A stretch of 64,000 nt of DNA, from contig JBHGNT010000017.1 of assembly GCA_043228905.1 (NCBI GenBank), positions 1,116,001-1,180,000 on the forward strand, given 5' to 3'. The position numbers and the translations under genes were made by a program. Shown one piece after another: positions 54,728 to 64,000 of the stretch (position 1 is the stretch's first letter; each line of letters opens with the position of its first letter). Source of the stretch: Azolla caroliniana. Its lineage: Eukaryota > Plantae > Polypodiophyta. The notes below the pieces were generated by a model that was not told the DNA's origin, searched no databases, and saw only the letters and a list, made by a program, of their open reading frames with translations.

Positions 54728-55035
54728 GTGAATATAAGGAATATCTCAATATTGTCAAATCATTATGGTAATTTGTCTTTGAGGTACAACTTGTTGATAT
54801 TGTTCTTCTTATCTACAAGCATTTCTTTTCATTATTCTCTTCTCACCATATTTTTTTTACTATGCCCCTTGAAAATTTGATGTGAATATAGGGAAGGTCT
54901 CAATATTGTCAAATCATTATGGTCATTGGTCTTTGACGTACACATTATTGATATTGTTCTTCTTATCTACAATGCATTTCATTTCATTATTCTCTTTTCT
55001 CCATATTTTTTTGACTATGGCACTTGAAGGTTTGA
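54728..55035. repeat. ~154-bp tandem duplication
   Basis: GTGAATATA.G.A...TCTCAATATTGTCAAATCATTATGGT...GATATTGTTCTTCTTATCTACAA occurs twice. Confidence 0.92.
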
Positions 55036-55235
55036 ATTAGAATTCCCAAATTCATTTTTTTCAAGAACCTTAAACTTCTTTTGGGTACATACGCCCTAAG
55101 ACTATACATACAAGATATACCACAAAACTCTATTTTTCTAAATTCTAATTGTTGTCGTGAAAATCGTCACTACGTGCGGATCGTGAAGCGGAATCGCGGG
55201 GGTCCTGGACCGGAAGGATTCAAAGTTTGCACTAG

Positions 55236-57397
55236 TTTTTTTTTTTTTTTCAAAAGAAAGTATACTTCCATTAGTATTTAGAAAAGTCATAACAACATAC
55301 AACAATTTCCCCAAAACATCTTTATAAGATGCTGGTTGAAAGAACAAAAGTTTTGCTGAAAAGTTTTGACTCCACCATAGAGTAAAGTAAACAATAAATC
55401 TGAAAATTGTTCTATAAAAAGCTTCCACAAAGGTCTACCAAACGAGGCAATCTCCATAACATGTTGCAGGCTGTAAATAGCCATCTTCTTTCACCTGTCC
55501 AGATGCAACTGAATAACCTTACAACATGGGCAAAGAACCAGTCTTTAGTCCAATCACTTACCGTTTCGGGTGATCAAGAGTCCTCAAGGGATGTTCCCTT
55601 CAAGATCCCAATACCCTATGTTTTTCTCTTTGTTTGATGCCTCGAGAAGATTGTCAAGGCCTCCATACTGAATGCAAACTATATGTCCCCCTAGTTTAAA
55701 GATTGTGGTTTGCATACTTCCATTGTCCAGTGTTGTAAGCGTGTAAAGCCTTTGTCTTTTTTAACCCACATAATTGTTTGATAAGTTGGCACTGTCCATA
55801 AACATTCTGTATTAACACAAGCAGTTAATCTAAAGTTTTCCTCACCCACTCTCTATAGTATGCTTCGACGCCACCACCATCTTCACTCATCCTCATAACA
55901 AGAAAAATGCTTCATACAGTCCACTTCAACCATCTCGGCGATTAGCATGTTGTAGCATCTTGCCAAAGTCCACTAAAATCCTGCATAATCAACAGAACTT
56001 AGTATAAAAATTTCCTCACCTACTCATGCTATTCAACTTCGACCCCACCACCATCTTCACTCATCCTTATCTCATAAAAATTCTTCCTTCACTCCACATC
56101 ATCCAACTCGTCGACTAGCATCTTGCCAATGTCCACGCAAAACCTATACTAACAACACAAAAACAGTTTACAAGTTTCCTCACCCACTCATCATAATCGG
56201 CTTCGACCCCCCCACCGTCTTCACTCATCCTTATCACAAAAAAAACTGCTTCATTCAGTCCCATCCAACATCTCACCTATTAACCGATTACCATCAAGGT
56301 CAATCGTGGATCAAGTTAAGTCCTTTTGGAACTTGTTGGTACATACAGTAAAAGGTGAATATGATAGTTATAAGGGTTCTGGACATACAACTAATAAGAA
56401 AAGAATGAGAATTCGTAAAGTTTGGTCGTCTATACCTATTATGTCGAATGAAGCCGCAGATGTCAAGTGGAACTATGTACCGCCTTGGTGGTTATTCCCG
56501 CCACCGACACCATCTTTAGTACAAATACCATGATATAATATAGATGACCGTTTATCTTTTTGTCAGGATAATTGATGTTGGTGAAAATCAAGGACATGGC
56601 AAGCCAAATTTTGGTGCCGGTTAGCGATAAGGCAAGATGGTTGTTGTGGATGTAATAAGCAATTTTCTTATGAGCGATAAGGAAGAGTGTAGATGGTGTG
56701 GGGGTTAATGAAGCATGTTATCATGAGTTGGATGCTTGATGGAAGGAAATCAAGGACATGTCAAGACAAAATTTGGTGCCAATTAGCAAGAAGGCGAGAT
56801 GGTTGTCGTGGATGATGCTTGATGGAATTTGGTGTCATGGGATGGAGTGAAGAAGAGTTTAGGTTTCATATTGGGGAGTGCAACAAACAGGATAATCTTC
56901 TAGTTGTTGTCATGTAGTTATCGTCTTATAGAGCTTATTAATGACGAGAGGATGAGTGGCGAGGGTGTCGGGGTTGAAGCAAATATAATAGGGGATGAGG
57001 AAACTTTATATTTTATATTTGTAGTCATGGAAGTTTTTATAGTTGGTAAGGATGAATGATGGTGTTGACAGGGGATTGAAGCGCATGTTTAGGAGGGGAT
57101 ACACACAATACATTTATGCTATTGTTGTTTATACAGGTTTTAAGAGCTGAATGAATAGGTGGGTGACGTAGAAATGAAGCACATTGTTGATGTGCAAAAT
57201 GAAGAGATTCGGAGGAGTATTACGACAGGTTCAAAATGGTATAAATTGAGATAGGTGATGTGGTATTGAAGCAATTTGTCTAGTTTTTAGAGATGTGAGA
57301 ATGGTGGTGGTATGGGCTGAAGCAAGGTTTGATGTGGGGGCATGTTTTAATTTCATGGTGATGATTGATGATGGCGGTAAGAATTGAAGCATGTGTC
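55236..57397 (-). mobile_element. LINE-derived insertion with 13-bp TSD, poly(A) tail and 5' inversion
   Basis: TSD AAGTTTGCACTAG at 55223-55235 and 57398-57410. T15 at 55236-55250 is a minus-strand poly(A). A LINE ORF2-like C-terminus (...KWNYVPPWWLFPPP) lies on the plus strand at ~56285-56533. The same repeat array runs in opposite orientations on either side of ~56285. Confidence 0.8.
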
Positions 57398-58020
57398 AAG
57401 TTTGCACTAGCTTTAGCGAGAAAGGATTTAAGATAGATTGAGAGAGATTGATATGGAGAGAGAGAGAGATAGATTGAGATAAAGATTAAACGCTTAACTT
57501 TAGATTTGAGAGACAAGATTAATACATCAATTAGATAACAAATTTTCTTCTTATTAAATTCTTGATTCATACATCGCCCCCCCCATTTGATCTTTTTCAT
57601 CCACTCTTTTATAGATGCCCCCATGCATATGATGCATGTGAGGGTACAAGACATGCATATAATGATAGAAAAAACATTTCTAAAGAAATGACTTGCCTTA
57701 GTGGTTTCATACCGAAAATCTTCAAAACACCGTGCGTCGCGATCAACCTATCCGACCGACTCGATCCGATCCGATTCGGTTTTGGTTCTCCTAAACCATT
57801 CGTCCAAGCTATACAACCCGACCTTTTTGTGCTCCTAACACATAGACCAAATATAAAAAGGTATGGCTCTAGTTATATACTCTAGAATCCTGATGGTGTC
57901 CTATCTATGTGGGATATCTCACAATTTTGTTTTCCTCTTCTTCTTCTCAAACTTCACACTCACATAACTTGACACTAAGTTGTTTGTTTCACATGTAGTA
58001 AACTGCATTTAGAAGCTCTT

Positions 58021-61000
58021 TGAAAACGATTACTTGCGGAAGCGTTAGAAAACAGAGAAATCAAAGAATACACAGAGTACACAGGAGAGACAGAGAGAGT
58101 AGAACATAAAAGCTATATTCAAAACAATATAAACATTCTGTACATACAACTATGCTCAATAGCACTATTTATACAAGTCCTCGTGGGACTGACAAGAGTA
58201 CCGCGTACTTCAATGCTCACACGAGCATCTGACACTTACTACGAGACTATAACTGCCTAGTAGTCTAAACTAATACTAGGCTTTCGGTTACCGATTGGAT
58301 CCGGCTAACCGACTCCCCAGCTCAGGCTTATCCAGCCGATCCGGCTCCAGTTGAGGTTGCCACTCAACACTCCCCCTCAAGCTCAACTTGAGGTTGAATC
58401 CTAGTGTCAGCCTCTGTGGCAGTCGGTTCTTCCAACCGACTTCTCCTGGCGTCGCTCCACCTTGCTCGCGCTCCTCGTTCGGTCCGGTTCTGTTTGCTGC
58501 GACCCCTCTTGTTCTGCGCACCTCGACCTCCTCGGTCGGCTTGTTTGCTCAACAGGCCCAATTCAGCTCCCTTGCTGTTGTGACTTCGGCGCGTTCTGGT
58601 TCGCCAATTCCTTCGTGTTGGCGTCGACTTTCGCTACCTTCTTGTCCTCTTGGCCTTGAATTGATCTGGTTCTTCTGAATCTGTCTATTGAACCGAATTG
58701 ACTGTCTCCGATTCGTTCCAGCTCTTGTCCGAATCGGTTGCTCCCGATTCGTCTTCTGGTTCCAAGCCCTTCACCACATCGGACCATGTCCAGGTCTTGG
58801 CCTTCTTCCTTCGGTTAGCTCTGTCCTTCTTGACTCTGCCGCCGATGCCGCTTGTTCCAACTTGTTTGGACGTGTCGACTTCCCTTGTCGACTTGGCTCC
58901 TTTCTTCTTCTTGATTCTCCCTTCGTCAGTTCTTCCCTCACCGACGCAATCGACAATCTCTTTGCCTTTGCTCATTCCCGTGTCTTTGCCAGTTCTCCCC
59001 CTCAAGTGTGGCACGTCGAGATGCTGAACACCAAGCATTTCGGTGAAGTGCTGCAACTTGTCCGATTCGAGTGGTTTGGTGAAGATGTCGACAACTTGCC
59101 GATCCGTATGAACATACTGAAGTTCGACCTCACCGCTCAGGACACGCTCACGCACGAAGTGATAGTGCACTTCTATGTGCTTTGTGCGAGAATGGAATAT
59201 GGGGTTCTTGGCGAGTTGCATGCTGCTTATGTTGTCGCAGTAGACCAGAATCGGGGTCGGTACCTCGATGCGTAGGTCTTGCAACAGTTGTCGAAGCCAA
59301 ACGGCTTCACAGGTGGCAATGGTAGCGCCCCGATACTCAGCCTCAGTGCTCGACATAGCAATTGTTGGCTGCTTTTTGCTGCTCCACGCAACAACCGCGC
59401 TACCTAGGGAAAACATGTAATCGGAGGTTGATCGGCGATCTGATGCATCGCCGGCCCAGTCCGCATCTATGTAACCAACCAGCTCTTCGGGTATACCGCG
59501 CCGGTATAACAAGCCCCGGTCTTTCGTGCCGCTTACATATTGCAATATCCGTTGCGCGCACTGAAGGTGCTCCACAGTCGGCTTCTGCATGAACTGACTT
59601 ATCATTTCGACCGGATAGCTGATGTCGGGTCGCGTGATAGTGAAGTAAATAAGGCTTTCGACAATTTGTCGGAACCGTTTCTCGTTGTAGGCTAGTATGG
59701 AGTTGGGACGAAGCTTCTAGTTCCGGTCCAAGGGTGCGGAGACAGGTCGGCATTTTGTCATGCCAAACTTGTACAACATATTCAAGACGTAATGTCGTTG
59801 TGAGAGCAATATGTCGTCGGGGGTTCGGATCACCTCGATCCCAAGAAAATAATGAAGGTCCCCCAGGTCCTTCATCTCAAATGCGTCCGACAACTAGGAC
59901 TTGACGCGGTTGACTTCTGGAAGACCCGGTCCGGTGATGACTAAATCATCAACATACAGCAGGATACATATCGGACCGGTTGAGCCTTGCTGGATGAACA
60001 ATGAAGAGTCGGACTTGGAGGCCGCAAACCCCATCTTACGCAATTGGTGCGTGATCTTCGCATTCCAAGCTCGAGGGGCTTGCTTCAAGCCGTACAATGA
60101 CTTCTTCAACTAGCATACCGCCGACTTGTTCATCTCTGATTGAAAACCGGGGGGCGGAGTCATAAAGACTTCTTCTTCAAGATCACCCTGAAGAAACGCA
60201 TTCTTCACATCCATCTAGTGAAAATGCCACCCTCTTGCTGGAGCAACCGCCAACACCACACGAACCGTCATCATCTTAGCTACCAGAGCGAAGGTTTCGT
60301 CATAGTCGATTCCGTGGGTTTGCGCGTATCCCTTCGCCACTAACCGGGCCTTGTACTGGTTAACTGAACCGTTGGCGTTGTACTTAACCTTGTACACCCA
60401 CTTGCATCCAATCGGTTTACAGTGACGGGGAGGGTCAACTAGGTCCCATGTCTTGTTGACATCAAGTGCCCGCATTTCTTCCTCCATAGCGGCACACCAA
60501 TTGGCGTCCTTTGCCGCTTCTACGTAGCTCTCCGGCTCACGCACTTCCGCCACCTTAGTCATGTACGCATAGTGATGCGCCATGTACTCATTGTACCCGT
60601 ACCGCGTGACAGGATCCTTCTGGCGGGTGGACTGGCGTAACTCACTGTTACCCGGTTTAAGGCCTTTCTTGGCCGGTTCGGTCTTCGTTGCTGAAGATCT
60701 GCCTTTCTCCTTACCGGAGTCGGATGCACACCAATCCGACTCATTGTTGTCGGTTTCAAATTCTGACATCTTTTTCTTCCCTTTCTCTTTGCGCGTGAAC
60801 TGTCTCCTCGGTTCCTTGCGCGGGGAGAGCATGATAGAGTCGCCACTACTCGCCGGTTCCTCATCGGACTAGTCAGATTGACTTAGTCTCTCGTTTGGCC
60901 TGCTCAACCGAAACGATTCCGGACTCTCATCCTGAGTCCACGCTTCATCATCATCTACCTGGGCCGGTTCAGGCTCACTAGCCTCATCCTCCGGCATCGG

Positions 61001-63427
61001 GTCGGATTCGAAAGTCAAAGCCGGTAAGGAGTACCACGACGCTGATTCATCGAACTCGACATCTCGACTAACTTGGACCTGCTTTGTCCGGGGGTTATAA
61101 CACTTATAACCCTTTTGCTCTTGAGCATAGCCGACTAGGATGCATTTTTCCGATTTTGCATCCAACTTCCTCCGCTTCTCATTCGGTACATGCACATATG
61201 CAATGCTACCGAAGATCTTAAGGTGTTTCAAATTTGGCTTGCGCCTGAAATACAGCTCGTGAGCTGACACCTTGTCACCGATCCGGTTCTGGATGTAGAC
61301 AGCCGTTCGGACTGCCTCCGCCCAGTAGAATTTGGGCATGCTCTTCTCCTCCAACATTGCCCTTGCTGCATCAATAAGCGACCGGTTCTTCCTTTTGGCA
61401 ACACCGTTCTATTGCGGTGTGTATCTGCAGCTGAACTCTCGCCAAATTCCCTTTTGTTGCAGATAACTGTTGAATTGGCCGAAAAAGTATTCTTTTCCGC
61501 CATCCGACTGCTGGCATTTGATCTTCCTCTCCGATTCCCGTTCCACCATGCTTTGGAGACTCCGGAAACACTCGAAGACTTCACTCTTCCGCTCAATGAG
61601 GTAGATCCATGTGTGCCGTGTATAGTCGTCGATGAAGGAGATGAAATATCGACTCCCGCCAAGACTAACATTCTGTGCCGGTCCCCACACATCCGAATGG
61701 ATAAGGTCGAGCTTGTTACGACTCCAGTTATGTTCGGTAGGGAATGGAAGTCAATGTTGCTTCCCGAGTTGGCAGGCTTCATATACTTGGGCCTTCCGGC
61801 CGCTGAACTTCGGCAAATAGAAAACAACTTGTTTCGCTTGCAGGTCTTGAAGCCTCTAGTAATTGACGTGGTCGATCTGCTTGTGCCACAGGTCGATGTC
61901 CGATTTGACCTTCTGTCCTTTTGCAAACAGAGCGGTGCCGACGTCATTGGTGTCGAGGATAAACATCCTCCCGTCTCTGTGCCCTTGCGCAATAATCTGG
62001 CCCTCTTCCTCGATGAAGCACCCGAGGTGCGTAAACTGCACCTGCATCCCTTGGTCGACGATCTGTCTGACCGACACTAGGTTCTTCGTGATTGTCGGAA
62101 CGTGTAATACGTTCATAAGCTTCCCTTTCTGTCTGACGTGGCTCAAAGTGACTTCTCCGACGTGCACGATTGGATGAGGAGTGTCGTCTCCGGTTTCGAC
62201 TACTCTTGGTTGATCCGGTTTCTCCAAAAAGGAGAATCACTCTTTGTGGCTCGTCATGTGGTTCGATGCACCGGAATCCACATACCACACTTCCTCTGAT
62301 TTGGAAGTGGTCTTCTTCATCGAGTTCGCCTCGTGCTTCATCACCAAGGCTGGCCCGTTACCGTTCTTGGATCCTCCCGATCCCTTCGCGTAGTGTGAGC
62401 CTTGCCGACCATCTTTGCCGGCCTTGCCGGATCCGGATTTGTCCGAATCGGCGCGTTTTCTCTAGCACTCGCTTTCTCTGTGGCCCTTTTGCCACAGTAC
62501 CAGCATTTCGTTGCAGTCTTCTCTTGCCGTCTTCCGGTGCCGCCATGACTCCCCCTACTCCCAGAGGGTCCGGAATTGTTGTTGACACGTTCTCTGTGCC
62601 TTTGTTCCTGGTCTTGCTGGCCGCCTCCATTGCGTGCTGACTTGCCTCGTCCACCATGCCCACGGGACCGATCTGCTTCCATGTACAACATCCGGTTGTC
62701 AATGGGTGCGCTAGTTGACGCACCGGCGTGGTTCTCCTCTACAAGGAGCATCGATTGTAAGTCGAAAAATGACGGTGTATTCTCCCTTGTACATACCGCT
62801 GTTCGGAACGCTCTGAACTTAGACGCAGGCCCCTAAGACAGACCTGTACCATCTCGTCTTCCTCTACGGTAACGTTGATAGAGGGAGCGAGCTAGCCATT
62901 CCTCTATCCATCACTTCTTTGTCTGCTGTTCTTACGACCTGTTAGGGTTTGCTTTCAAGCGTTTGTCAGCTGTAGAGGTTCTCAATCCTCACACTCTTAT
63001 ACCATGAAAATGATTACTTGTGGAAGCGTTAGAAAACAGAGAAATCAGAGAAATCAGAGAATACACAGAGTACAAGGGAGAGACAGAGAGAGCAGAACAT
63101 AAAAGCTATATTCAAAACAATATAAACACTCTGTACATACAACTATGCTCAATAGCACTATTTATACAAGTTCTCGTGGGACTGACAAAAGTACCGCGTA
63201 CTTCAATGCTCACACGAGCATCTGACACTTACTACGAGACTATAACTGCCTAGTAGTCTAAACTAATACTAGGCTTTCGGTTACCGATTGGATCCGGCTA
63301 ACCGGCTCCCCAGCTCACCGGCTTTGTTGCTTGCCGGCTCGGTTGCTCACCGGCTTACCGATCCGTCTTGCTCACGGGCTCAGGCTTATCCAGCCGATCC
63401 GGCTCCAGTTGAGCTTGCCGCTCAACA
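58021..63427 (-). mobile_element. Full-length but decayed Ty1/copia element
   Basis: LTRs at 63005-63427 (5') and 58021-58369 (3'), both TG..CA. TSD CTCTT at 58016-58020 and 63428-63432. PBS TGGTATAAGAG. PPT TTGAGGGGGAG. Fragmented gag (CWYCGK), protease (WYVDSGASNHM), integrase, RT (LYVDDL) and RNase H (YIDADWAG...TKHIEVHYH) with many stops and frameshifts. Confidence 0.96.
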
Positions 63428-63651
63428 CTCTTGAAGACATTCATCTTTTCGTACCAAGATATTAAAATAATATAAAATAATATCTTTACTATTATTGTTT
63501 CATATTGTGTGTGAAGAACCACACTCGATTCTATACATTTCATGCAATTTTCACACCGTTGCCGAAAATCTTCACGACATCCACCCCCACCAAACCACAT
63601 GTCCTTCGGTACGTGCCAAGAAGAGAGAGTGTGAGATTTCAACTACGGTGA

Positions 63652-64000
63652 TTAATCAAATTCCTCCATGTCCTCGTTCACATCACTCAAGTCTATAGGT
63701 TCAATCCTACTATCTTCATCGTCAAGGTGATCGAGGTCAGGATCCTCATCTTGTCTTTTCTTGAAAATCTTTACTCTTTTTCCTATAATGGGTATGGCCA
63801 ACCTTGATCCATCTAGCTCCGCAAGGTCGTATATGGCATTGTCGTTGGTACTTGTCACCACATATGGTCTAAACCATCTTCTTGTGAACTTTCTTGTTGT
63901 CCTGTGTTGATTGTCAAGGCTGCTATCCTAGACCAATACCCAATTTCCTTCTTTGATCTTCTTGGGACACAGTCGATGTGTCTTATCGAATCGAATCTTG
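63652..64000 (-). mobile_element. Ty3/gypsy integrase C-terminal fragment (GPY/F region), continuing beyond the window
   Basis: KIKEGNWVLV*DSSLD...RKFTRRWFRPYVVTSTNDNAIYDLAELDG...GKRVKIF. Confidence 0.85.

Larger units (their letters stand above)
55153..63579 (-). mobile_element. Ty3/gypsy 3' LTR (~840 bp when reassembled from 55153-55235, 57411-58020 and 63433-63579), interrupted by two insertions
   Basis: Terminal inverted 9-mers TGTCGTGAA (55153) and TTCACGACA (63579). Minus-strand PPT GGTGGGGGTGGA lies immediately upstream and the integrase tail further upstream. Both insertions are bounded by TSDs. Confidence 0.75.

Noticed and set aside
55287-55484. SLQHVMEIASFGRPLWK resembling a LINE zf-RVT motif
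   Set aside because: It lacks the conserved cysteines and lies downstream of the inferred ORF2 stop, so it is treated as 3' UTR or transduced DNA.

Overview
This is eukaryotic land-plant nuclear DNA with spliceosomal GT-AG introns and many microsatellites. The gene and transposon style suggests a non-seed plant, probably a fern, but that is inference. Six intron-containing host genes can be built with frame-consistent splice sites: an R2R3-MYB (MIXTA/MYB16-like, +), ubinuclein (HPC2/HUN domain, -), RNA polymerase subunit RPB10 (+), a PA-TM-RING-H2 RMR protein (-), mitochondrial ATP synthase epsilon (-) and an ARID-HMG box protein (-). Transposons include degenerate Ty3/gypsy and LINE fragments at the left end, an intact and very young Ty1/copia element (9939-15398, TG..TA ends) and a hAT-like MITE in the UBN/RPB10 divergent promoter. 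At the right end is a triple nest: a gypsy 3' LTR split by a 5'-inverted (twin-primed) LINE insertion and by a decayed copia. The most unusual signals are (i) telo-box-centred degenerate tandem arrays, all in the same orientation relative to transcription, in the first introns of three housekeeping genes; (ii) long tandem-repeat extensions on two chromatin proteins; (iii) a DRP4/Mx-like motif at the UBN C-terminus; and (iv) the twin-primed LINE. No prokaryotic system, CRISPR array, tRNA or rRNA gene was found.
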